A stretch of 64,000 nucleotides of DNA from Elusimicrobiota bacterium (GTDB taxonomy: Bacteria; Elusimicrobiota; Elusimicrobia; FEN-1173), in NCBI GenBank assembly GCA_016706425.1, contig JADJJR010000001.1, positions 385,728 to 449,727 of the forward strand, given 5' to 3'. The notes below the pieces were generated by a model that had not been told where the DNA came from, did no database searches, and saw only the letters and a list, made by a program, of their open reading frames with translations. The translations under genes and the position numbers were made by a program. Every line of letters starts with the position of its first letter. The first letter of the stretch is position 1. This document shows, piece after piece, positions 10,690-20,248 of the stretch.

Positions 10690-13164
10690 TTACGGATTGG
10701 CGGTGAGGGTGACGGTGAGGGTCTGTTGGTTTTCGGTGTCGGAAACGGTGGGCATGTCGAGGCGGAACCAGAGGGAGCGGTTTTGTCCGGCCGGAACGGC
10801 GACGCCGGTTTCACTTCCGTTGATGGTGAAGATCGCCCCGGTGGCCAGGGCGGCGGCGCCGGTGACGACGTCCTCCGCGCCGAAGGCCGCGGCCGCCGGC
10901 CGGGACGGATGGAAGCCCGCGGAAAGGACGGCCACGTTGGGGCCGGTCGGCAAAGAGGTGCCGATGGACCAAGGGCTTCCCGCTGTGGTCGTCGCGACCC
11001 AAAGGGAGTAGGTGCTGGTCACGTTCCCGTCGTTCAAGACGGTCACGCCGGTGGCGGAGTGGGAACTGCTTCCCACGATCAAGTTGCCGAAAGCGTAGGG
11101 GTCGCCCGCGGTGACGGTCACGGAACGGATATAAGGGGCGGGGGCGGAGCCGGCGGTGGCCGACACCACGGACCATTCCCCCACGTCGTCCCGGCTCCAA
11201 AGGACGAAATAATACGTGTCGTTGGTGGGCACGTTGATGACGGCGGATTGGGCGCTCCCGACGGGGGTGTTGGTGGCGATGCCGACGGTGGTGGCCCCGG
11301 CGGGGGTGGTGGCGGTGCTCCAGGGGGTGGCGGCGTCCGTGGAATACTGGACGCGGAACGCGCCCACCAACGGGTTGTAAAAATTATCGTCCCCGGGGGC
11401 GGACCAGGATAGGTTGATGTCCCCGGGGGCCGCCCCGGCAACGGCGGCGAGCGTGGACGTTCCGGGCGCCACGCCCGTCCAGAGGGTTTGATTGGCGCTG
11501 GGCGCGCTGGGGAGAAGCCCCGCGTCCATCGTGCGGACGCGGAAATAGTAGGTGGTGTCGGTCCGCAGTCCCGGGTGGGCGTTGTTCCCGGCCCACGGTT
11601 GGGTGGAACGCAAGATCACGCCGTGCCGGGTGTTCCCGTCGTAAAGGCGGGGGGGGCGGAGGTAATTGCCCGTCCGCGGTGTGGTCATGCGCATGGCGGG
11701 GATCGTGGCCCGGGAGAAATCGGACGACGTGGAAACCTCGAGGTCGTACGTCAAGGTAACGGCCGGGGTCGCTCCCGGGGCGACGTCCGCGGCGGGGTCC
11801 CATTTGAAGGTGGCCGAGGAATACCCGGTGGGGGAGAAAGCGAAAGACCCCGCGAGCGTGGGCGGCGCGCCCGGCGCCGCGGCGGTGCTGATGGTGTTGC
11901 GATAAACCCGCATTTGCCGGGCGTTCGCGCTGTCCGACCCGGAGATCAAAAGGTCGGGACTTCCGTCGGCGTTGTAATCGGCCCAAGCCAAGCCGCCGTT
12001 CTGCAATCCCAAATTGTTGGCGCTTTCCACGTTGAATTGGGTAAAGGCGAAACCGCCGTTGTTCCGGTAGAGCCAGACCTCCTCGTTCCCCGTGGCGGGC
12101 CGGGTGCCCACCACCGCGAAGTCCGGCACCCCGTCGTTGTTGGAGTCGCCGATGGCCAGGGCGCCGTTTCGAATTCCAAGGTTGGCCGCGCCGGGCGCTT
12201 CGAACGCGGTGAAGGTGAATCCGGGCCCGCCGTTGTTTCGGTAGGCGCGCAATTGGGCGTTGGTGCCGCTGTTGCCCATGGCGACCACGTCCAAAAGGCC
12301 GTCGTTGTTTAAATCCCCGAAAGCGACGTCGGCGTCGGACATCCCGCCCACGCCGGCCGTCACGTCCAACGGTCCGGCAAAACCGCCGTTTCCGTTGTTG
12401 GTGAAAAGGTGCAAGCGTCGCCCCCCGGCGGAGAGCCCGGCCACAAGCAAATCGAGGAACCCGTCGTTGTTGTAGTCCCCCCAGGCCACGCCGCTCCGGG
12501 TGGCGTAACCGTTCCCGGCGGCGCCGGGCACTTCGATTTGGGTGGGGTCGAAGGTCGCGTCGCCGTTGTTTCGGTACACCCGAAATTGCCGCGCGCCCGC
12601 CGGGTCGAGTCCGCTGACGGCCAAGTCCAGGTCCCCGTCGTTGTCGAAATCGCCGAGGGCGGGTTCCCCGCCGTCCAGCCCCGACCCGGCGTCCACGGGG
12701 ATCGAACTGAAGGAAAGCCCGCCGTTGTTGCGGGCCACCAGGATCTGCCGGGTCGCCGCCCCCCCGCGATTGCCCGTGACGACAATGTCCAAGCGCCCGT
12801 CGCCGTTGAGGTCGCCCAGGGCCACTTCCCCCGACTGAAGGCCGTTGTTGAGTCCAAAGACTTCGGTTTGCGTGGCGTTGATGGCGTAGCCCGGCGCACC
12901 CCCGTTGGTGTAGACCCGCAATTGACGGTTCCCGGCGGAATCTTGCCCGCTGAGGACCAAATCCAAATCCCCGTCCCCGTCCATATCGCCCCAGGCGGCG
13001 CCGCCTTGTGTCAGTCGATCGGTGGCGGTCACGGGCTCCACTTCAATTTGGAGGGCGTTGTAAGGGAGGGCTTGGAGCCGGGGGGAGGCCTCGAAAAGGA
13101 GTGCCAGGCCCCCCAGGATAAACCAGCGTCGTCCCGGGAAAAGTGAACGAAAAAAGGAACGCAT
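10690..13164 (-). CDS. 824-aa secreted FG-GAP/VCBS repeat protein: one 7-repeat propeller, two FN3-like domains, C-terminal pilin-like domain (putative tip adhesin)
   Basis: Signal peptide ending LQA; 7 FG-GAP repeats; close paralog of 6177-10598; ends LWFRLDMPTVSDTENQQTLTVTLTANP. Confidence 0.85.
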   Translation of the reverse strand: MRSFFRSLFPGRRWFILGGLALLFEASPRLQALPYNALQIEVEPVTATDRLTQGGAAWGDMDGDGDLDLVLSGQDSAGNRQLRVYTNGGAPGYAINATQTEVFGLNNGLQSGEVALGDLNGDGRLDIVVTGNRGGAATRQILVARNNGGLSFSSIPVDAGSGLDGGEPALGDFDNDGDLDLAVSGLDPAGARQFRVYRNNGDATFDPTQIEVPGAAGNGYATRSGVAWGDYNNDGFLDLLVAGLSAGGRRLHLFTNNGNGGFAGPLDVTAGVGGMSDADVAFGDLNNDGLLDVVAMGNSGTNAQLRAYRNNGGPGFTFTAFEAPGAANLGIRNGALAIGDSNNDGVPDFAVVGTRPATGNEEVWLYRNNGGFAFTQFNVESANNLGLQNGGLAWADYNADGSPDLLISGSDSANARQMRVYRNTISTAAAPGAPPTLAGSFAFSPTGYSSATFKWDPAADVAPGATPAVTLTYDLEVSTSSDFSRATIPAMRMTTPRTGNYLRPPRLYDGNTRHGVILRSTQPWAGNNAHPGLRTDTTYYFRVRTMDAGLLPSAPSANQTLWTGVAPGTSTLAAVAGAAPGDINLSWSAPGDDNFYNPLVGAFRVQYSTDAATPWSTATTPAGATTVGIATNTPVGSAQSAVINVPTNDTYYFVLWSRDDVGEWSVVSATAGSAPAPYIRSVTVTAGDPYAFGNLIVGSSSHSATGVTVLNDGNVTSTYSLWVATTTAGSPWSIGTSLPTGPNVAVLSAGFHPSRPAAAAFGAEDVVTGAAALATGAIFTINGSETGVAVPAGQNRSLWFRLDMPTVSDTENQQTLTVTLTANP

Positions 13165-13277
13165 GCGGGCTCCTCATCGAACCGATGGGTCATTCGGCCT
13201 GTCCGGACCCGGCGGGTCCCGGTTGTTCTTTTATTCAGGATAAACGGGGAAAAGCGGTCTGTCAATGGACAAGCGAA

Positions 13278-15485
13278 TCAATCCGGGGGGGGCGCCGATT
13301 CTTTCGTTGTTAAGGGCACGACGTGCTCCGCGGTGCCCCAGCGCCAAAAAAGCGTTCCCGACAACCCGCGCCGCGGCGGCAGGCCGATTTCGTCCTCCAC
13401 CAGATAAATGAGGGCCGTTCCGAACCGAGGGTTCCAGAATTTTTGCGCGCGGGCGGCCAGGGAGGTGGTTTGGTCCCCCGTGACGCCGACGGCGACGGTG
13501 TTCACGGCGTTGCTGCTGGAGCGGCTCAGCGTCAATTCGAAAAAATCATCGGTCCGCGCCCCGTACCGGCGCAGGGCGATTTCCCGGGCGTAGCCGGCGC
13601 CCGTGGTTTGCGGGATCCAGCTGAAACGCGTTCGGGCATACCAACGGCCCGCGTATTTGGCCAGGGAAACCGCGTAAATGTCCACGTCGTCCAGGCGGAA
13701 ATCCATGTGCCGGTAGCGGAAGGAAGCCTCCCACTGCTTGCCAAAGGATTGGAATATCTCCCCGTGCCCTTCGACCCGGGGGACCACCTCGGCCTTGACC
13801 ACGGCTTGGAACCGGGCGTTGGCGTAGGCCTTGGGCCAGAGGGCCAGATAGCCCTCGGCGGCGCCGCCCCGGTCGGTGCGGCCGAACCGACGGTAGCGCA
13901 ATCCTTCGACGGTGAGACTGCCCCGTCGGACTTTGCGCTCCATCACCCAGGTGGTGGTGTACCAGGCGTTGCGCGGCGGCCCGTAGCTCTGCCGCTCGTA
14001 GCTGTTGGAAAATTGCCAATACGCCCCCCGCGCGGGGGCGCCCGCCAGAAACAACGAAAGGAGGGTCAGTCCCGCGGCGATTTTGGCGGGGCGATGGAGG
14101 ACCCCGAGTCGTTTCATCGCGCCCCACCCCTTGACCCGGAACAGGGACGTCAACAAACCGTGAAGGCGCCAGTACGTCACCAGTTGCCGGTACCCGAAAT
14201 TCTCCAAAAAAGCGAGGACGAAGAGGTGCATGTAATCCCGGGTTCGGCGGAAACGATGAAAAGACTGTTCCTCCAGCGACACGGCGGCGATCGAAAGGGC
14301 CATCCCGAACCCGAAGGCCAGGAGCGCGAAGGCCGCCACATAGGCGGCGGACACCCGGCCACCGATCAGGGCCGCCACAAAAGCCACGTAGCCGAACAGC
14401 TCCACAACAGGCCCCAGCATTTCCAGAAAAAAATAATAGGGGAAGGCGATGAGGCCGGGCGCGCCGTAGCCGGGATTCCCCAGCATGCGGATGTGCCGCA
14501 GGAGCGAATCCACCAGCCCGCGTTGCCAGCGGTCGCGCTGTCGCGCCAGCCCCGACAGTCTTTCCGGGCATTCCGTCCAGGCGACGGGATCCGGCACGAA
14601 GGTGATGCGGTAAAGACGTTTTTTCTCCCGGCAAAAACGGTGCAGCCGGACGATCAGCTCCATGTCCTCGCCGACCGTGTCCCGGGCGAAGCCGCCGGCC
14701 TCGATCACCACCGACCGACGGAATAACCCGAAAGCCCCCGAGATGATCAGCAGGGCGGACATCGCGTCCCAGCCCATTCGGCCCGTCAAAAAGGCACGCA
14801 AATACTCCAACACCTGGAACCGGGCCAGCCAGCGGTCGGGCATGCGGACGTCCGTCAGAACCCCCCCCTTGAACACGCAGCCGTTGGCGATGCGCACCAA
14901 CCCCCCGGCGGCGACCGTGGTGTCGTTTTCGATGAAGGGGCGGACGATGCGCTTGAGCGCGTCGCGTTCCAGGACGCAATCCGCGTCCATGGCGCAAAAA
15001 AGCGGCGTCCGGCAATGGTTGAGCCCGGCGTTCAGGGCGTCGGCCTTGCCGCCGTTTTCCTTGTCCAAAACCCACAACCGGGGATGGCGGGCGCTGCGCA
15101 ACGTGGCGCGCACGCGCGCGGTCGGCAACGTGGCGAGGGGAAACCGGTTCGCGGGAACGAGATCGAAAGCCCGGGCCAATTCGCCCAGGGTGTCGTCGGT
15201 GGACCCGTCGTTGATCACGAGGATTTCGTAATCGCCGTACTCCAGCGTCAGCAACGATTTGACCGCTTCCACGCAGGTGGGTTCTTCGTTGTGAGCGGGA
15301 ACGAGGAGCGTGATGGCGGGGGCGCCGCCCCGGGCGACGTAGTCGTCGAGGACATGCAGGAGTCGTGACCGGGAGGCGTGACGCCGAAGGGCCGCGATGG
15401 AAAATCCGGCCGTGAGCAGCTGCGACCCGTTGAGCAGGACGAAATACAACAGCGCGAACGCATTGAACCCGTCGAGGAACGTCAC
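13278..15485 (-). CDS. GT2 processive glycosyltransferase fused in frame to a YaiO-family outer-membrane beta-barrel
   Basis: Likely GTG start at 15485 overlapping the upstream stop. Motifs NDGS, NGGKADALN, MDAD, GEDMEL, QRDRW; TM helices; WGAMKRLG; then a signal-like stretch and a YaiO-like barrel from about 14117. Confidence 0.85.
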   Translation of the reverse strand: MTFLDGFNAFALLYFVLLNGSQLLTAGFSIAALRRHASRSRLLHVLDDYVARGGAPAITLLVPAHNEEPTCVEAVKSLLTLEYGDYEILVINDGSTDDTLGELARAFDLVPANRFPLATLPTARVRATLRSARHPRLWVLDKENGGKADALNAGLNHCRTPLFCAMDADCVLERDALKRIVRPFIENDTTVAAGGLVRIANGCVFKGGVLTDVRMPDRWLARFQVLEYLRAFLTGRMGWDAMSALLIISGAFGLFRRSVVIEAGGFARDTVGEDMELIVRLHRFCREKKRLYRITFVPDPVAWTECPERLSGLARQRDRWQRGLVDSLLRHIRMLGNPGYGAPGLIAFPYYFFLEMLGPVVELFGYVAFVAALIGGRVSAAYVAAFALLAFGFGMALSIAAVSLEEQSFHRFRRTRDYMHLFVLAFLENFGYRQLVTYWRLHGLLTSLFRVKGWGAMKRLGVLHRPAKIAAGLTLLSLFLAGAPARGAYWQFSNSYERQSYGPPRNAWYTTTWVMERKVRRGSLTVEGLRYRRFGRTDRGGAAEGYLALWPKAYANARFQAVVKAEVVPRVEGHGEIFQSFGKQWEASFRYRHMDFRLDDVDIYAVSLAKYAGRWYARTRFSWIPQTTGAGYAREIALRRYGARTDDFFELTLSRSSSNAVNTVAVGVTGDQTTSLAARAQKFWNPRFGTALIYLVEDEIGLPPRRGLSGTLFWRWGTAEHVVPLTTKESAPPPD

Positions 15486-16543
15486 GTGGACTCCAGGATC
15501 TGCCGCGCCAAAACCGCGCGCGGGTGGGGGGAAGACGCCACCGCCCGCAGGAAAGTGAGCGCCCCGATGCGTTTCAGGGCGTCCGCGGCGTGGGACGCGA
15601 CCCACACGTTCGGTGTGTCGAAAAAGTCCCGCAGAAACGCTTCCTCGCCGGGGCCGCCCACCCGCCCCAGGGCGGTCAAAGCGGCCGCGCGGACGAAAAA
15701 AGACGGCGCCGCGCAGGCGGCGCGGATCGATTCCAAATGCTCGGGTCGTCCCAGGTTCTTCAAAATCGCAAGGACGGCGCTCAGGATTTCCGGATCGGTT
15801 TCATTCGACAAAACACGCGCGGCGCAGTCCCCGGCCAAGGGGTCCTGCAGACGCACCAACGATTGCGCCGCAATTTGGCGAGCGCGGAGGCCGCGCCCGC
15901 GGTCCTCGAGAATTTGGCGCAAGTCCCCGGCGATCCCCGCGCCCACCTGCCCCAGAAGAAAAGACAACAAGCCGGTGTCCCACGTCCCGAACCGGTCCAG
16001 GCGTTGGAGCACCGTGCGCGCGTCGTCCGCCGAGCGATGGGTCAAAAGGACAAAGGCGGCGGTCACGGCCACGGAAGACGAAGGGTCGTCCAGCGCCGCG
16101 CGGATCGGTTCGTTGAAGCGGACGGGGGCCAGGAGGCCCAACGTGTAGACCGCGCGCGCCCTTTTTTCCGGGTCGGGGTCCGGGAGACGCTCGGCCACGG
16201 CGCCCAGGAACGGCGCCGCCAGGGTGGTCAGAACCCGGCGTTCGGGCCCGCGCAATCTTCGGGCGAATTGGAGGAGGAAGTGGGAAAAGGCCGAGGCTTG
16301 GTTTTTCCCAACCAAACGCAGGAGGACGGGGGGGCCTTCCTCCCCCGAAAGGACCCGGAGGATGGCGCGCGTCCAGGTTTCTTGGATCGCCCGCTCCGAC
16401 CTGGATTTTTGAAAGGAGCGGGCGCCCGCGAGGACGGCGTAAACCGCGAAACCGCAGGCCAACAAGAAAAGCCCCAGGCCCGCGCCCGCCATACACCAAA
16501 GAAGCCGGTCGGGGGGGGCCGCGGGGAGGGACAATCCCATCAC
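15482..16543 (-). CDS. HEAT-repeat protein with N-terminal TM helix
   Basis: Repeated LxDxxxxVRxxAxxALG-type units (DPDPEKRARAVYTLG, AAPSFFVRAAALTALG); translationally coupled to the GT2 gene. Confidence 0.8.
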   Translation of the reverse strand: MMGLSLPAAPPDRLLWCMAGAGLGLFLLACGFAVYAVLAGARSFQKSRSERAIQETWTRAILRVLSGEEGPPVLLRLVGKNQASAFSHFLLQFARRLRGPERRVLTTLAAPFLGAVAERLPDPDPEKRARAVYTLGLLAPVRFNEPIRAALDDPSSSVAVTAAFVLLTHRSADDARTVLQRLDRFGTWDTGLLSFLLGQVGAGIAGDLRQILEDRGRGLRARQIAAQSLVRLQDPLAGDCAARVLSNETDPEILSAVLAILKNLGRPEHLESIRAACAAPSFFVRAAALTALGRVGGPGEEAFLRDFFDTPNVWVASHAADALKRIGALTFLRAVASSPHPRAVLARQILEST

Positions 16544-18078
16544 TTGGATTTCATGTGGCGGTGAACCCGCGCCACGAGCTCCACCGGTGAAAACGGTTTT
16601 AGAATATAATCGTCGGCCCCGAGGGCAAGGCCCCGGACCACATCGTTTTCACCCCCCATGGAGGTCAACATCAGAATCGGCGTTTTTTCAAAAGCGGGAA
16701 CCGCGCGGAGGCGCTCCAGCAGTTCAAAGCCGTCCATCGCCGGCATTTTCACGTCCAAGATCATCAAATCGGGGTTTGTGTCGGAGGCCGCCGCCAACGC
16801 GGCGGCGCCGTCCATAAAGGGGGCGACGAGAAACCCTTCCCGCTCCAGACGGTGACGCACCAGGGCGATGACCAGTTCGTCGTCGTCGACGACCATGATC
16901 GTTTTTCGGGTTCGGCCGACGCCCTTGCGGTGCAGGGCGATTCGTCCCGCCCCCTGGGCCCGGGCCTCGGCGAGGGCCTCCGTTGCGCGCGAAAGCAGGA
17001 CCTCCACCGTGACGCCCTCCTCGGCCTCCGTCACCCCCGCGGAAAAGGTGACCCGCGTGGTGGAGCCCTGGGGAAGCGGGTACCGTTCCGTGGACAGGGC
17101 GCCCAGGGCGCGTTCCAGGGTCAGGATCGCCGTGTCGGTGGCCACCGATGGAAAAAGCGCCGCCAGCCGATCCCCTTCCCAACGGGTCAGCACGCCCATG
17201 GGTTGAATGGCGCGCCCCACGGCCTTGGCCGCCCAGGCCAAAATGTCTTCGGCGGCCCCGTCTCCCTGGGACGCGCGGATCACGGCCAGGGTGTCCACTT
17301 CCATCAGTCCGACGCTTATGACCCGCTGCGGGCCCGGCAAAAGCAATTCCGCGCGGCGGAAAAGCTTGAGAAAACCCGCGCGATTGGGGAGCCCGGTTGA
17401 AAGGTCACGCTCAAACCCGGCGGGGGACCCCTCCCCGGGGCGCAAACGTTTTTCCACTTCCCGCGCCAGGGCCTCGAGTTCCAGGGGTTTGGAAAAGCAG
17501 GCGTCGGCCCCTAAAGACAGGCATTCCTGGCGCACGGGCCCGCTGGCCCAGGCGCTCAAAACCAACACGGGGATCGAGGCCGTCTCGGGGAGCCCTTTCC
17601 ATTTGGACAACAAACGACGCCCGTCGATATCCGGCAATACCAAGTCCAGCAGGATCAAGGCCGGGGGGTGTTCTTTGAGGCGGTGTTCCGCCTCGAGGGC
17701 GGTGTGCGCCACGGTGACCGCGCGGCCGGTCGAGCCCAATTTGGCCGCCAAAAGGGCCGTGACGTCGGCGTCGTCATCAACAATCAAAACGCCCGAACGT
17801 TCGTCCCCCGTCAAGACCGAAGCCATGACGCGCAGCAGATCCTCGGTGCGGGCGCCGAGAGTCTCGGACGCCGCGCGTTCCACCGCCTGGGCGTGCTGCG
17901 AAATTTGCGGGAAACCGTAGGAGGCCCCGGAGCCCGTGAGCAGGTGGGCCAGCCGCCGGATCTCGGCCTCCGCCCCTTCCGCGCGGTTGCGCCAGCGTTC
18001 AAGTGCCAGTTCCACGGCGTGCCGCTTGTCGGGCAGAACCCGGCGGTACCAGAGTTTCAGTTCGGCGCTGTCATCCAC
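16540..18078 (-). CDS. Hpt-REC-degenerate GGDEF-REC multidomain response regulator
   Basis: Likely GTG start at 18078. AHLLTGSGASYGF (Hpt), LILLDLVLPD, LSTGLPNR, RWEGDRL in place of GGDEF, LMILDVKMP ... YILKPF. Confidence 0.85.
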   Translation of the reverse strand: MDDSAELKLWYRRVLPDKRHAVELALERWRNRAEGAEAEIRRLAHLLTGSGASYGFPQISQHAQAVERAASETLGARTEDLLRVMASVLTGDERSGVLIVDDDADVTALLAAKLGSTGRAVTVAHTALEAEHRLKEHPPALILLDLVLPDIDGRRLLSKWKGLPETASIPVLVLSAWASGPVRQECLSLGADACFSKPLELEALAREVEKRLRPGEGSPAGFERDLSTGLPNRAGFLKLFRRAELLLPGPQRVISVGLMEVDTLAVIRASQGDGAAEDILAWAAKAVGRAIQPMGVLTRWEGDRLAALFPSVATDTAILTLERALGALSTERYPLPQGSTTRVTFSAGVTEAEEGVTVEVLLSRATEALAEARAQGAGRIALHRKGVGRTRKTIMVVDDDELVIALVRHRLEREGFLVAPFMDGAAALAAASDTNPDLMILDVKMPAMDGFELLERLRAVPAFEKTPILMLTSMGGENDVVRGLALGADDYILKPFSPVELVARVHRHMKSK

Positions 18079-20248
18079 GCGGCGCCTCCGTCGGCTTCGA
18101 GGGACCGGGTTGAAACACCACACGGAACACCGAACCCCGATCGACTTCGCTCTCCAGTTCCATGCGAAACCCCAAAAGGTCGACCAGGGCCCGCGACACC
18201 GTCAGCCCCAGGCCCGTGCCGCCGAATTTCCGCGCGGTGCCGTTATCGACTTGCTGAAACGCCTCGAAAATCCGGCCCACCTTGTCGGGCGGTATCCCGA
18301 TGCCGGTGTCGGCCACCTCCAGCGCGGACGGCGCGCCGTCCGCCCCGGCGCGGACGCGGACCGTCACGGACCCTTGCGGAGTGAACTTCATGGCGTTGCC
18401 GATAAGGTTGATGAGCACTTGTTTCAATTTCCCCGGGTCCGTTTGGAGGGGAGTCGTTGGCCCGGGCAAGTCCGAACGCAGAACCACCGGGCCCCCTTCG
18501 GGCAGCCCCCCCCTCAGTTGTTCGACGGTCTCCGTGACCAGCCGCCCCAAATCCACCGCGGCGTTGTTAACGGGCATGCGACCGGCCTCGACCCGCGAGA
18601 GGTCCAGGATGCTGTTGATCAATTCCAGAAGGTGCAATCCGTTTCCTTGGATCTTTTGAAGCCGGACGAGGTCTTCGGGACCGAGGTTCTCTTTTTTGTT
18701 TTTCAGGAGCAGGTTGGCGAATCCGATGACCGAGTTGAGAGGGGTGCGCAGTTCGTGGCTCATTTGGGCCAGGAAGACGCTTTTGGCCTTGTTCGCGGCA
18801 TCCGCCTCGTTTTTCGCTTGGCGCAGGGCCGCTTCCAAGTATTTTTGTTCTGTGATGTCTTCAACGACGCAAAGAATATATCGGAATTGCCCCTGGGCGT
18901 CTTTGATCGGCACCCGGCGCACACGCAACATTCTCCGTTTCCGCATACGGGTCGTCACGAATTCCAGGTCGGTCTCGCTGGGGCGCCCCGACGCCACCAC
19001 CGCGCGATCGTGCGACTCAAACACGTCGGCTTCTTCCGGGAGAAAACAATCGTGGTTGCGTCGGCCGATCATTTCCCAACGGGAGATTCCCAAAAGGCGT
19101 TCCCCCGCCGGGTTGACGTGCACGAACCGGAGTTTTTCCGCGTCTTTAACATAGACGACCGACGGCATTTCGTGGAGGACGGAATCGAGGAAAAGGACCG
19201 ACTGGCGCATTTCCAGCGTCAATGTCCGGGCCAATTGAAGGGCGTCCGTGTGCGCCCGACGGTTTCCAATCACCAGCCCCCCGCCCACCGCCGCGATCAG
19301 AAAACCGCCCACCAGAACCCACACGGCCGGCAACCGGAACCAGGGGTCCCCCTTTCCCGATGGGGTTACAACCAAGAGCCAGGAGCGATCCGCGGCCGGG
19401 ACCGTCGTGGAGAATTCCGGGCCCGGGATTTTGACGGGGGGCGATCCCACGAGCCAACTGCCCGGGGGAGGTGTCGCGGTGTCCCACAAGGCAAAATCCA
19501 AGGGGCCCGCCCGTGTTTTTATGGTCTCTCTCAATCGCGGCATGGCGAGCGCGACAACGATAAAACCGCGCAGGAGTTTCCGGCGTTCGGCCACTGAAGA
19601 CGGGGCGGGGCCGTTCCGGTAGACCGCTGCGTAAAAAACGACACCCCGGGTGGCGACTCCGCCCACGCCGCCTTTGAGGGGCAGGGGCGCGGTGACGGCC
19701 ACTCCCCCCGAATCCCGGGCTTTTTCCATGGCGGTTCGCCGGTCGGGATCCGCCCAGCTGTCGTACCCCGACAAAACACGCTGGGTTCCGAAATGCGAGG
19801 TAAAAAAAAGGAGCGGGGCGGATTCCTCTCGTCGACCTGACGGGGGGGGCGTCCGCGGGGAAAAGCCACCGGGACGGGACCCGGGGGCGGCCGCCCTCAA
19901 GAAGGGGGCGTACCCCAAGTTAATGGGGCCGTCCGGTTTCAAATTCAAGGCATTGATGTACCCCGACCAAAGGCCCGCGTCGAGCCGGTCGTGGGTTTGG
20001 AAGGCGGCCCGGGTCGTCAAGGCGGTGTTTTCGCAGGCGCGAATCGATTCGGTCAAAAGGTTTTGCCCCAGGTTCAAAGCGCGCGCCATTTCGGAGCGAC
20101 GCTCGCGCGCGTTCCAGCGGTGAACCCCCCAGGTCAGAAAAATGGTCAAGGTGACAAGACCGCACCCCAGGTATTTGGCCAAGGACAAGCCTTGTTCCAC
20201 GCGGCCCAACAACCGCGGGGCGGGGAGATCGGGAGACGAAAGATTCAT
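18071..20248 (-). CDS. Sensor histidine kinase (TM-CHASE-TM-PAS-HisKA-HATPase)
   Basis: CHASE-like DPDRRTAMEKARDSG, PAS (VYVKD, VNPAGE), MSHELRTPLN, NLIGNAMKFT, DTGIGI, GTGLGL. Confidence 0.92.
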   Translation of the reverse strand: MNLSSPDLPAPRLLGRVEQGLSLAKYLGCGLVTLTIFLTWGVHRWNARERRSEMARALNLGQNLLTESIRACENTALTTRAAFQTHDRLDAGLWSGYINALNLKPDGPINLGYAPFLRAAAPGSRPGGFSPRTPPPSGRREESAPLLFFTSHFGTQRVLSGYDSWADPDRRTAMEKARDSGGVAVTAPLPLKGGVGGVATRGVVFYAAVYRNGPAPSSVAERRKLLRGFIVVALAMPRLRETIKTRAGPLDFALWDTATPPPGSWLVGSPPVKIPGPEFSTTVPAADRSWLLVVTPSGKGDPWFRLPAVWVLVGGFLIAAVGGGLVIGNRRAHTDALQLARTLTLEMRQSVLFLDSVLHEMPSVVYVKDAEKLRFVHVNPAGERLLGISRWEMIGRRNHDCFLPEEADVFESHDRAVVASGRPSETDLEFVTTRMRKRRMLRVRRVPIKDAQGQFRYILCVVEDITEQKYLEAALRQAKNEADAANKAKSVFLAQMSHELRTPLNSVIGFANLLLKNKKENLGPEDLVRLQKIQGNGLHLLELINSILDLSRVEAGRMPVNNAAVDLGRLVTETVEQLRGGLPEGGPVVLRSDLPGPTTPLQTDPGKLKQVLINLIGNAMKFTPQGSVTVRVRAGADGAPSALEVADTGIGIPPDKVGRIFEAFQQVDNGTARKFGGTGLGLTVSRALVDLLGFRMELESEVDRGSVFRVVFQPGPSKPTEAPRG

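Noticed and set aside
7300-13050. Recurrent DNA motifs such as CCGTCGTTGTC and GCCGTTGTTGCGG as a possible CRISPR or repeat array
   Set aside because: They are codons of FG-GAP protein repeats; copies are degenerate and no cas genes are present.
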